Assembly: GCF_006345805.1 (NCBI RefSeq)
Contig: NC_043006.1
Coordinates: forward strand, 100,440,001 to 100,504,000
Length of the DNA: 64,000 bases
Source of the DNA: Octopus sinensis
Lineage: Eukaryota
Direction of reading: 5' to 3'
Shown here: positions 27,344 to 39,822 of the stretch, one piece after another
How the letters are laid out: the number at the start of each line of letters is the position of its first letter
Numbering within the stretch: position 1 is the first letter of the stretch
Made by a program: the position numbers and the translations under genes
Notes under the pieces: model-generated
Database searches by the model: none
Told to the model about the DNA's origin: nothing
The model's input: the letters and a program-made list of their open reading frames with translations, nothing else

Positions 27344-27953
27344 TATATTATTTTTGTTGCTGAAAAAGGCGAAACTGCAGTCTAAGATGAACAGAGTTAG
27401 TAAAAGTTTTTATCTTCATTTCACTAAATTTATCAAGCTTCTGTGTTTCTAGTACATACTTCGCCTTTAATGTACTTATATATGAATAATATATGGCCTG
27501 TGCTAGAAACACCAGCGATAATAATTAATTTTATTTTATCGCATTTTGAATTTGTTTACATATTTCTCGATAAATTTTGAGCGTTAGACTATATACCAGA
27601 AATCCCTAGTTTGTCGGGTTCGTTCTGCGTCTGCGCAGTGATCTGATTAGTTAGAAAGAGCAAATTAGTAGACGCACATGTGTCTATCGAGTTGCGCTTC
27701 ATAATAACAGGAATCTTACTGAAGAGCCTACCTGAGTAAATAAATATTATTTTTGTTGCTGAAAAAGGCGAAACTGCAGTCTAAGATGAACAGAGTTAGT
27801 AAAAGTTTTTATCTTCATTTCACTAAATTTATCAAGCTTCTGTGTTTCTAGTACAAACTTCGCCTTTAATGTACTTATATATGAATAATATATGGCCTGT
27901 GCTAGAAACTCCAGCGATAATAATTAATTTTATTTTATCGCCTTTTGAATTTG

Positions 27954-27955
<2 letters not shown>
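27344..27955 (+). mobile_element. Retrozyme/pLTR-like insertion: 399-bp monomer x~1.5 between (TA)n tracts
   Basis: 27345-27556 is repeated at 27744-27955 (offset 399). Confidence 0.8.
27713..27787 (+). ncRNA. Type I hammerhead ribozyme
   Basis: AUCUUA-CUGAAGA-GCCU..AGGC-GAAAC-UGCA-GUC-UAAGAU. Confidence 0.85.
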
Positions 27956-28010
<55 letters not shown>

Positions 28011-28394
28011 ATATATAATATATGAAACGATATTATTATTGATAAAAAAAATAATATAAGTAGCTAACAAGCAAAAAATAACCATAGAGATAATATATTT
28101 TATCTATAAACAGGCCACAAGACACACAGGGTTCACAGCATTGCTAGAAATAAGAGTCAAAACTTCTCACAACCATAGTTATCACCAATGCACACTGGTG
28201 AATTCGTGAGAAACGAGTACGTATGAAAGCTAAGTTACCATAGTGATTAAAAATCGCAAGTAAATCTACAATTCTTCTCGTAGCACATGATTTTGAACCC
28301 TGTAATAAACACTTAGTTCTCATAAGCAAGTATTACTGCCTGTTTAGAAATACAAACATATGTGTGTATGTATGCATGTATGTATGTATGTATG

Positions 28395-28448
28395 TATGTA
28401 TGTATATAGGTATATATATAAGATATATATATATATATATATATAATA

Positions 28449-28495
<47 letters not shown>

Positions 28496-28620
28496 TATAT
28501 ATCTTTATGTATATAGGTATATATATAAAGATATATATCTATATATATATATATTATATATATATATATAAGTATATATATATATATGTATATTTATATA
28601 TATGTATATATATATATGTG

Positions 28621-28670
<50 letters not shown>

Positions 28671-28673
28671 AGT

Positions 28674-28704
<31 letters not shown>

Positions 28705-28712
28705 CATATACA
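28395..28712. repeat. Interrupted (TA)n microsatellite
   Basis: Direct observation. Confidence 0.9.
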
Positions 28713-29201
28713 AAATATGGGGGTTTAAGGTGGTCTAAACAGTTAGGTAGGGTAGGCAAGTGCTGTAACGGATTACCAAGGCTCCAAGGCTATAGCGGAG
28801 ACGGTAGTTATGGAGCCATTGTAGATTTCCGATATAGCGGATGTATAATTGTTAAAGAGAACAACAAAAGTTTAGGCAAGACAAGCATCTCACATCACAT
28901 ACATCATTATTATTGGGAACAATTCAAGGTCTTACACCTGTTTCTGGGATATCCCAGAGTATAGGATGTTCCGTCATCGGATATAAATAGGGTAAATGAG
29001 AAGGGTATCTCATTGTAAGAGTTTACATTTTTCCCAGTAGTAATAATGTATATGACTTAAGATGTGTGTCTTGCCTTAAAATTCGTTGTCCTCTTTAACA
29101 AGTATATATGAGTGTGTGTGGATGTGTGTGTACATATATATGTATATGTATATATATTTATATATGTGTGTGTATGTATATGTATATACATATATATATA
29201 T

Positions 29202-32200
29202 ATACTAAGCAATAAGGGTTCAGCAACGAATTGCCTTACCACATACCGAATTTAGAAATAGCAGTCAAAGGGTTATAGCTATTTCTTCTACTAAAAAGGG
29301 AGATCTCAGTAAAAACAGCAATTGGAAGGCTGACACAAACAGGTAAGAGAGAATGAATTAACCGCAATCTATCAAACATTTTTAAAGTTATCCACGGACG
29401 TACGTTCGAAATCAAGTTTTAGGAAAGCATAAGAATTAAAATATTAAATATTAAATAATTCTATCTTACCGAAACTTCTTTTCTCTTCAGCGTGGATACT
29501 ATAATCATAAATGATTATATATTGAATTTTGAGATACTAGGAGGTACCAACTCAACTCAGTATCAGAGCGAGCTAGAATCCTCAACTAGTATCACCGAAT
29601 TCAAATTTGTGAATGAAACGATTGTGTCAACAGCCCCTTCTCACCCGCGTGTAGCCAAAACAAGATGCTGTAGTCATCTACTGAGATAAAATATGGTTAT
29701 CCGTAATAATGAAGGGTGAAATTAATTAATTTGGAATAATTATCAATTACACCAAGTAGTCTTCGGCATGTAAAAGCCTCATTGAGGAAAATTTAAGTAA
29801 TACTAAGCAATAAGGGTTCAGCAACGAATTGCCTTACCACATACCGAATTTAGAAATAGCAGTCAAAGGTTATAGCTATTTCTTCTACTAAAAAGGGAGA
29901 TCTCAGTAAAAACAGCAATTGGAAGGCTGACACAAACAGGTAAGAGAGAATGAATTAACCGCAATCTATCAAACATTTTTAAAGTTATCCACGGACGTAC
30001 GTTTCGAAATCAAGTTTTAGGAAAGCATAAGAATTAAAATATTAAATATTAAATAATTCTATCTTACCGAAACTTCTTTTCTCTTCAGCGTGGAATACTA
30101 TAATCATAAATGATTATATATTGAATTTTGAGATACTAGGAGGTACCAACTCAACTCAGTATCAGAGCGAGCTAGAATCCTCAACTAGTATCACCGAATT
30201 CAAATTTGTGAATGAAACGATTGTGTCAACAGCCCCTTCTCACCCGCGTGTAGCCAAAACAAGATGCTGTAGTCATCTACTGAGATAAAATGGTTATCCG
30301 TAATAATGAAGGGTGAAATTAATTAATTTGGAATAATTATCAATTACACCAAGTAGTCTTCGGCATGTAAAAGCCTCATTTGAGGAAAATTTAAGTAATA
30401 CTAAGCAATAAGGGTTCAGCAACGAATTGCCTTACCACATACCGAATTTAGAAATAGCAGTCAAAGGGTTATAGCTATTCTTCTACTAAAAAGGGAGATC
30501 TCAGTAAAAACAGCAATTGGAAGGCTGACACAAACAGGTAAGAGAGAATGAATTAACCGCAATCTATCAAACATTTTTAAGTTATCCACGGACGTACGTT
30601 TCGAAATCAAGTTTTAGGAAAGCATAAGAATTAAAATATTAAATATTAAATAATTCTATCTTACCGAAACTTCTTTTCTCTTCAGCGTGGAATACTATAA
30701 TCATAAATGATTATATATTGAATTTTGAGATACTAGAGGTACCAACTCACTCAGTATCAGAGCGAGCTAGAATCCTCAACTAGTATCACCGAATTCAAAT
30801 TTGTGAATGAAACGATTGTGTCAACAGCCCCTTCTCACCCGCGTGTAGCCAAAACAAGATGCTGTAGTCATCTACTGAGATAAAATATGGTTATCCGTAA
30901 TAATGAAGGGTGAAATTAATTAATTTGGAATAATTATCAATTACACCAAGTAGTCTTCGGCATGTAAAAGCCTCATTTGAGGAAAATTTAAGTAATACTA
31001 AGCAATAAGGGTTCAGCAACGAATTGCCTTACCACATACCGAATTTAGAAATAGCAGTCAAAGGGTTATAGCTATTTCTTCTACTAAAAAGGGAGATCTC
31101 AGTAAAAACAGCAATTGGAAGGCTGACACAACAGGTAAGAGAGAATGAATTAACCGCAATCTATCAAACATTTTTAAAGTTATCCACGGACGTACGTTTC
31201 GAAATCAAGTTTTAGGAAAGCATAAGAATTAAAATATTAAATATTAAATAATTCTATCTTACCGAAACTTCTTTTCTCTTCAGCGTGGAATACTATAATC
31301 ATAATGATTATATATTGAATTTTGAGATACTAGGAGGTACCAACTCAACTCAGTATCAGAGCGAGCTAGAATCCTCAACTAGTATCACCGAATTCAAATT
31401 TGTGAATGAAACGATTGTGTCAACAGCCCCTTCTCACCCGCGTGTAGCCAAAACAAGATGCTGTAGTCATCTACTGAGATAAAATATGGTTATCCGTAAT
31501 AATGAAGGTGAAATTAATTAATTTGGAATAATTATCAATTACACCAGTAGTCTTCGGCATGTAAAAGCCTCATTTGAGGAAAATTTAAGTAATACTAAGC
31601 AATAAGGGTTCAGCAACGAATTGCCTTACCACATACCGAATTTAGAAATAGCAGTCAAAGGGTATAGCTATTTCTTCTACTAAAAAGGAGATCTCAGTAA
31701 AAACAGCAATTGGAAGGCTGACACAAACAGGTAAGAGAGAATGAATTAACCGCAATCTATCAAACATTTTTAAAGTTATCCACGGACGTACGTTTCGAAA
31801 TCAAGTTTTAGGAAAGCATAAGAATTAAAATATTAAATATTAATAATTCTATCTTACCGAAACTTCTTTTCTCTTCAGCGTGGAATACTATAATCATAAA
31901 TGATTATATATTGAATTTTGAGATACTAGGAGGTACCAACTCAACTCAGTATCAGAGCGAGCTAGAATCCTCAACTAGTATCACCGAATTCAAATTTGTG
32001 AATGAACGATTGTGTCAACAGCCCCTTCTCACCGCGTGTAGCCAAAACAAGATGCTGTAGTCATCTACTGAGATAAAATATGGTTATCCGTAATAATGAA
32101 GGGTGAAATTAATTAATTTGGAATAATTATCAATTACACCAAGTAGTCTTCGGCATGTAAAAGCCTCATTTGAGGAAAATTAAGTAATACTAAGCAATAA

Positions 32201-33083
32201 GGGTTCAGCAACGAATTGCCTTACCACATACCGAATTTAGAAATAGCAGTCAAAGGGTTATAGCTATTTCTTCTACTAAAAAGGGAGATCTCAGTAAAAA
32301 CAGCAATTGGAAGGCTGACACAAACAGGTAAGAGAGAATGAATTAACCGCAATCTATCAAACATTTTTAAAGTTATCCACGGACGTACGTTTCGAAATCA
32401 AGTTTTAGGAAAGCATAAGAATTAAAATATTAAATATTAATAATTCTATCTTACCGAAACTTCTTTTCTCTTCAGCGTGGAATACTATAATCATAAATGA
32501 TTATATATTGAATTTTGAGATACTAGGAGGTACCAACTCAACTCAGTATCAGAGCGAGCTAGAATCCTCAACTAGTATCACCGAATTCAAATTTGTGAAT
32601 GAACGATTGTGTCAACAGCCCCTTCTCACCCGCGTGTAGCCAAAACAAGATGCTGTAGTCATCTACTGAGATAAAATATGGTTATCCGTAATAATGAAGG
32701 GTGAAATTAATTAATTTGGAATAATTATCAATTACACCAAGTAGTCTTCGGCATGTAAAAGCCTCATTTGAGGAAAATTTAAGTAATACTAAGCAATAAG
32801 GGTTCAGCAACGAATTGCCTTACCACATACCGAATTTAGAATAGCAGTCAAAGGGTTATAGCTATTTCTTCTACAAAAAGGGAGATCTCAGTAAAAACAG
32901 CAATTGGAAGGCTGACACAAACAGGTAAGAGAGAATGAATTAACCGCAATCTATCAAACATTTTTAAAGTTATCCACGGACGTACGTTTCGAAATCAAGT
33001 TTTAGGAAAGCATAAGAATTAAAATATTAAATATTAAATAATTCTATCTTACCGAAACTTCTTTTCTCTTCAGCGTGGAATAC
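29202..33083 (-). repeat. Tandem array of a ~601-bp hammerhead-containing monomer, ~6.5 copies (RNA sense = minus)
   Basis: ATACTAAGC recurs at 29202, 29800, 30398, 30995, 31592, 32187 and 32786. Copies differ essentially only by 1-nt deletions. Seven ribozyme copies (e.g. 29391-29496, 29988-30094). Confidence 0.95.
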
Positions 33084-35051
33084 CCTTTGACTGCTATTTC
33101 TAAATTCGGTATGTGGTAAGGCAATTCGTTGCTGAACCCTTATTGCTTAGTATTACTTAAATTTTCCTCAAATGAGGCTTTTACATGCCGAAGACTACTT
33201 GGTGTAATTGATAATTATTCCAAATTAATTAATTTCACCCTTCATTATTACGGATAACCATATTTTATCTCAGTAGATGACTACAGCATCTTGTTTTGGC
33301 TACACGCGGGTGAGAAGGGGCTGTTGACACAATCGTTTCATTCACAAATTTGAATTCGGTGATACTAGTTGAGGATTCTAGCTCGCTCTGATACTGAGTT
33401 GAGTTGGTACCTCCTAGTATCTCAAAATTCAATATATAATCATTTATGATTATAGTATTCCACGCTGAAGAGAAAAGAAGTTTCGGTAAGATAGAATTAT
33501 TTAATATTTAATATTTTAATTCTTATGCTTTCCTAAAACTTGATTTCGAAACGTACGTCCGTGGATAACTTTAAAAATGTTTGATAGATTGCGGTTAATT
33601 CATTCTCTCTTACCTGTTTGTGTCAGCCTTCCAATTGCTGTTTTTACTGAGATCTCCCTTTTTAGTAGAAGAAATAGCTATAACCCTTTGACTGCTATTT
33701 CTAAATTCGGTATGTGGTAAGGCAATTCGTTGCTGAACCCTTATTGCTTAGTATTACTTAAATTTTCCTCAAATGAGGCTTTTACATGCCGAAGACTACT
33801 TGGTGTAATTGATAATTATTCCAAATTAATTAATTTCACCCTTCATTATTACGGATAACCATATTTTATCTCAGTAGATGACTACAGCATCTTGTTTTGG
33901 CTACACGCGGGTGAGAAGGGGCTGTTGACACAATCGTTTCATTCACAAATTTGAATTCGGTGATACTAGTTGAGGATTCTAGCTCGCTCTGATACTGAGT
34001 TGAGTTGGTACCTCCTAGTATCTCAAAATTCAATATATAATCATTTATGATTATAGTATTCCACGCTGAAGAGAAAAGAAGTTTCGGTAAGATAGAATTA
34101 TTTAATATTTAATATTTTAATTCTTATGCTTTCCTAAAACTTGATTTCGAAACGTACGTCCGTGGATAACTTTAAAAATGTTTGATAGATTGCGGTTAAT
34201 TCATTCTCTCTTACCTGTTTGTGTCAGCCTTCCAATTGCTGTTTTTACTGAGATCTCCCTTTTTAGTAGAAGAAATAGCTATAACCCTTTGACTGCTATT
34301 TCTAAATTCGGTATGTGGTAAGGCAATTCGTTGCTGAACCCTTATTGCTTAGTATTACTTAAATTTTCCTCAAATGAGGCTTTTACATGCCGAAGACTAC
34401 TTGGTGTAATTGATAATTATTCCAAATTAATTAATTTCACCCTTCATTATTACGGATAACCATATTTTATCTCAGTAGATGACTACAGCATCTTGTTTTG
34501 GCTACACGCGGGTGAGAAGGGGCTGTTGACACAATCGTTTCATTCACAATTTGAATTCGGTGATACTAGTTGAGGATTCTAGCTCGCTCTGATACTGAGT
34601 TGAGTTGGTACCTCCTAGTATCTCAAAATTCAATATATAATCATTTATGATTATAGTATTCCACGCTGAAGAGAAAAGAAGTTTCGGTAAGATAGAATTA
34701 TTTAATATTTAATATTTTAATTCTTATGCTTTCCTAAAACTTGATTTCGAAACGTACGTCCGTGGATAACTTTAAAAATGTTTGATAGATTGCGGTTAAT
34801 TCATTCTCTCTTACCTGTTTGTGTCAGCCTTCCAATTGCTGTTTTTACTGAGATCTCCCTTTTTAGTAGAAGAAATAGCTATAACCCTTTGACTGCTATT
34901 TCTAAATTCGGTATGTGGTAAGGCAATTCGTTGCTGAACCCTTATTGCTTAGTATTACTTAAATTTTCCTCAAATGAGGCTTTTACATGCCGAAGACTAC
35001 TTGGTGTAATTGATAATTATTCCAAATTAATTAATTTCACCCTTCATTATT

Positions 35052-35058
<7 letters not shown>
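33082..35058 (+). repeat. Inverted arm of the same array, ~3.3 copies (RNA sense = plus)
   Basis: ACCCTTTGACTG recurs at 33082, 33683, 34284 and 34884. Ends in (TA)n at 35058. Confidence 0.95.
33459..33565 (+). ncRNA. Type I hammerhead ribozyme with ~76-nt stem II (also at 34060-34166 and 34660-34766; seven more on minus in the left arm)
   Basis: UCCACG-CUGAAGA-GAAA..AAGUUU..AGAAUUA..UAAUUCU..AAACUU..UUUC-GAAAC-GUAC-GUC-CGUGGA. Confidence 0.88.
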
Positions 35059-35094
<36 letters not shown>

Positions 35095-35098
<4 letters not shown>

Positions 35099-35325
35099 AT
35101 CCAAACAAGAAAACACAGAAAAAAAGAGAAAAAAAACACAGCAACGCAGGACGTGGAACAATTAAAGTATTATTGACGCTCAGGAAAGAAGGGAAGGAGG
35201 GCTTAACGTTTCGAGCGGAGCTCTTCGTCGGAAACAAGGAGAAGGAAAAATCCCAAGAAGGGAAGACAGAGGAAAAAATATTTGAGCTGGTGGTGCTCAA
35301 GAGATCACATGTTGAAAGAATCATA
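35095..35325 (-). mobile_element. Penelope-like pLTR fragment with minimal hammerhead-like motif (35204-35236)
   Basis: Minus strand CCGACGA-A-GAGC-UCC-GCUC-GAAAC-GUU-A. Flanked by (TA)n. Confidence 0.45.
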
Positions 35326-35486
35326 TATGTATATTAAATTAGAGATAAAACCACTATTAGGCAAATCAAACAGTGAAAAACATAAGCCAATACATAAAAT
35401 TAATTTTAGAATATAAAAGTTTAAAAATTAAAAAACTATTTAAATAATTGAAACTTATAAATTTTAAATATATATATACAAATATA

Positions 35487-35532
<46 letters not shown>

Positions 35533-36332
35533 ATTTTTATATTTATATATTATTTTATTTATTTATTAATTAATTAATTTATTTATTTATTTTTTTATTT
35601 TTTATTCATTTTTTTAATATTTTAGTTTATAAATATCAAAAGAATTAAAAGTTTAATAAAAGACATGTATGTATGTATGTATGTATGTATGTATGTATGT
35701 GTGCATACGGATATAGTTATAATAATACATCATAAAGAAAATGGCGAATTTTACCAGAGCATAATCAATTTATTTACATTTTGTCAATTATGTAAGCCAA
35801 GGATCGTTTCCATATCAATTTTCATTCAAATTACATAAAATTGTATTATGAAATAACGAAGGTAGATATTGCTTCTGGGCGATAATTGAACGTGTGTTTT
35901 TACATCCTAATAGATTGCGTGTTCATCAACAAACTAAAATAGCAGCATGCGTTTATTTGTATGTGTGCATGTGTGAGTGTATGTGTATGTGTATGTGTGT
36001 GTGTATGTGTGTGTGTTAGCATGTTTGAAACAAAGAAACCGTTATAGGTGTATATATATTTAATTTTAGTTTATATGTTTATCAGTAAGTAAATCTATTT
36101 CATTTTAATTTATATTATTAATTGTGGCAACTTGAATTGCTATCATAATTTTTATTAATTTATCAATGGATTTGTAGGTGTGTTAGTCATAATTGTTGGT
36201 GCATAGGGTTAATTTTTTATATTTTAATTGATTAATCTAATTACATGTATCTATCGCGTGATTGGGCTATATTTTATTTTTGTTTTCTGTTTTACGATAG
36301 TTGTGTTTAACCTCTCAAGGATTTAAGTTATA

Positions 36333-36393
<61 letters not shown>

Positions 36394-36414
36394 CATTATT
36401 ATTATTATTAATTG

Positions 36415-36600
36415 AAAGTGGCGAGCGGCAGAATCGTTAGAACGCTGGACGAAATGCTTAGCGGTATTTCGTCTGTCGCTACGTTCTGAGATCAAAATAC
36501 GCCATGGTCGACTTTGCCTTTCATCCTTTCATGGTCAATGAAATATGTAATCGACTCATCTCCACCTTCCCAAATCTGCCCTTGTGGCAAAATTTTGAAA
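36415..36600 (+). mobile_element. SINE (family of 10985), single unit, after (ATT)n
   Basis: GTGGCGAGCGGCAGAATCGTTAG..GCTTAGCGGTATTTCGTCTG..GTCGACTTTGCCTTTCATCC. Confidence 0.75.
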
Positions 36601-36648
36601 TAATTATAAGTCTTATATCTTAGATTTATATTCAAGAACTTCTACGTA

Positions 36649-37553
36649 TCTACTACATATGTGGGAAGTTCTGTCTGTGTGTGTGTTTGTAGACTTGTTA
36701 GCTACTAAATCATATTATCGATTGTGATGAAACTTGACAGGTGAGTTGAACTCATGTCTAGAAACCTCATGGTATACTCATCGTGTCGAAAAAATGGATA
36801 ATAGGGCCCCTGAAAGGGATCCTTATATATACCTAATATATTTTATTTTCAAAGCCAAGGGAAATGGCCCATTCGCCCCTGGAAGGGATCCTTATGCATA
36901 CCCAAGGGAAATAACCCATTCATTTTCCTGCATTACTTGATATAAATCAAATCGTGTATGCTTATTACTTAGTATTTGAACTGCTAGAGTTATTTTCGCA
37001 AGTTATCTAGTGCAACCCTTAAACAAGTAAATAGTGTTTTCCTATACAATAGAATCACTTATTTTGGTTAGTGACTTATTCACGAATATACCAACACTAG
37101 GGCCCCTGAGGGTAATATTCTCTGGGAACGTACAAAAGTCCTTTTCAAAGTTATTTGCTTTGAATTGTTATTATCTCATATATGATTAGCTTGTTATTAC
37201 GTAACATACTTCACGACTTTAGTATACTTACCTTATTGGTATTTCCTCCTATATTCTATATACTCTGGGAACGCATTAAATCCCTTTTCCGGGATAGTTT
37301 ATGTGAATTCAAACTATCGGGTAACTAAATTGCTGTTATTACACAACTTACTTCACAATTTGTGTATTCATAACTTATCGGGAATTCCTAAAAACAAGAT
37401 CCTGTGTAAGAGAGTTCGGTATTCTCTATAAATGCACAAACATCCATTTTAAGGACAATATATGTTGTATTGATATTATTGGATTAGCGAAACAATTATG
37501 AGAACGGAACCAAGGGATAAGCTTTCCAGGGAATTGCCGGGAACGTCAGCTAG
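36649..37553 (+). mobile_element. Non-autonomous Helitron-like element
   Basis: A|TCTACTACATAT start. Subterminal hairpin TTCCAGG-GAATTG-CCGGGAA, CTAG|T end. Confidence 0.55.
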
Positions 37554-37605
37554 TATATAAATAAGTTTGTATGTACTTATGTATGTATAATACGTTTTGT
37601 GTCCT

Positions 37606-37665
<60 letters not shown>

Positions 37666-37672
<7 letters not shown>

Positions 37673-37998
37673 TATTAGAGACAAAACCACTATTTTGCAA
37701 AACAAACAAGGAAAGACTTAATCAATACATAAAATTTTAAAAAACCGCCATAATTTGAAACTGACTTATTGGAAGTCCACCTGAAGATTGTCGATCAAGA
37801 CAAGAAACGATTGTAGTGGCGGTTTTTTTGACTATTTATTAAAATTTTATGTATTGATTAAGTCTTTCCTTGTTTGTTTTGCAAAATAGTGGTTTTGTCT
37901 CTAATAATATTTTATAATATTTTACTATAAAATTGGATTTAATCCTAAATCTGATTTTTTTCCCTGTAAATTTGGATTTATTCCCTAATATTTATTAT
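37666..37998 (+). mobile_element. Hammerhead-bearing element with inverted left arm, between (TA)n tracts
   Basis: 37666-37750 is an inverted copy of ~37817-37915. Related fragment at 35338-35410. Confidence 0.75.
37777..37819 (+). ncRNA. Compact type I hammerhead ribozyme
   Basis: CCAC-CUGAAGA-UUGUC-GAUCAA-GACAA-GAAAC-GAUU-GUA-GUGG. Confidence 0.8.
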
Positions 37999-38030
<32 letters not shown>

Positions 38031-38824
38031 TGCGTATATCTGTGCATGCACTTATTCCACTATTAATTTTTTCTCCTTCATATATTCAACTATATTCATG
38101 TTATTCCACTATTGCCGTGTGTATTCATCTTAGTGAAAGGTATCATGCATTCAATTTCAGCTTATTTACTAATTACACGGCATGCATGTACTGCTTTAAG
38201 CAAAATACAGAAGCACAAATCATTTGAAATTACAGATTGAAAATTCAGAACGCCAATGTATTTTGGTGCCTTTGCATATCTATAAAAAATATTGTTTTCT
38301 AAGAACTTTTGCAGTGAATGGGAATAATAATGCTTATTACGTACATTGGTAGCTTGTGAGTGGAATATGTCAGATATATTTTAAATGCTCAATTGTTGCA
38401 CAAATTAAAACTATTGTCCATTGAATAGCTTTAGAAAATGTATGTATCCTGCTTGCAAGATCATGAACATAAGTTTGGATTTACATATATTTCTTAATTT
38501 TGGATACATATGTGTACCACATTTGTGAAATTGGGCAGAGCATTTAAATAACGAGTGAATCACTTATTAGTAAATATTGTACGTATTAAAGTTAATAAAA
38601 CCTCTTTGATATTTGGGGAGTGATAAATATAATCTATTTCCAGTTATTTTGACACGGTTATTCACATCCTCATACTTTCAAAAGTAACTTTCATCAAGCT
38701 CAGTTTTCAACACCTCCAAGTGGATGAATTCAATATTGACTCACAGAAACCAAAAGATTATGATTATCACAAAGTTTAATAATATACTCCCTGTCATTAT
38801 TAACTGCTCAAGTAATCTATCTAT

Positions 38825-38876
<52 letters not shown>

Positions 38877-38939
38877 TGTTAAGTGAGATTCGGGTAAAAA
38901 ATTTGTACAATATTATGTAAAGCTCCTCAACCGTTATAG

Positions 38940-39170
38940 GCTACCTGGTATCAGCATACAATGGAAATGCTCCTGTTGCTAGAAAATACATGAAGAATTC
39001 CGTGGAACCCGAAGAATTTATAAAAATAGATAATATGAAATGGAACGAACGACATTTTAAAAATTTGAAGTCACTACAATTGTTTCGACACATTTTCACA
39101 CTTGTAGTGCATCCGTCAGATTTTGTATTATCATATATATACATCCAATGTATAACATGCTCTTCGTCAG
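38940..39170 (+). CDS. Candidate internal coding exon (231 nt, phase 1-1), product unknown
   Basis: AG at 38938-38939 and CAG|GTGGGT donor at 39171. Open frame YLVSAYNGNAPVARKYMKNSVEPEEFIKIDNMKWNERHFKNLKSLQLFRHIFTLVVHPSDFVLSYIYIQCITCSSS in non-repetitive sequence. No homology recognised. Confidence 0.3.
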
Positions 39171-39417
39171 GTGGGTGTATAATTATGTCCGTCGTTAGAT
39201 ACTACCGTTAATTTACTCAGAGTAAGAATGCATACCCAAAGTGATGTGTCATTTTCAGTATGTAACAAAGAAACTAAACTCATAGATATAGTTACAAAGT
39301 ACAATTATAATGATAATTGTTACACAAAATCTGACCAATGTACAGGTGCAAAAATAGTTGTAGTGATTTTAAATATGGAATACCGTTTGTGTACGGTATG
39401 TCTGTATATACATGTAT

Positions 39418-39822
<405 letters not shown>

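Noticed and set aside
29492-31482. 65-aa ORFs inside the array monomers
   Set aside because: Antisense to the ribozyme strand, GTG starts, present only in copies with particular 1-nt deletions; no recognisable domain.
29202-35058. CRISPR array or ordinary satellite interpretation
   Set aside because: No repeat-spacer structure and eukaryotic context. One hammerhead per unit and TA-anchored divergent arms argue against a plain satellite. The 1-nt deletions between copies look like long-read consensus errors, not evolution.
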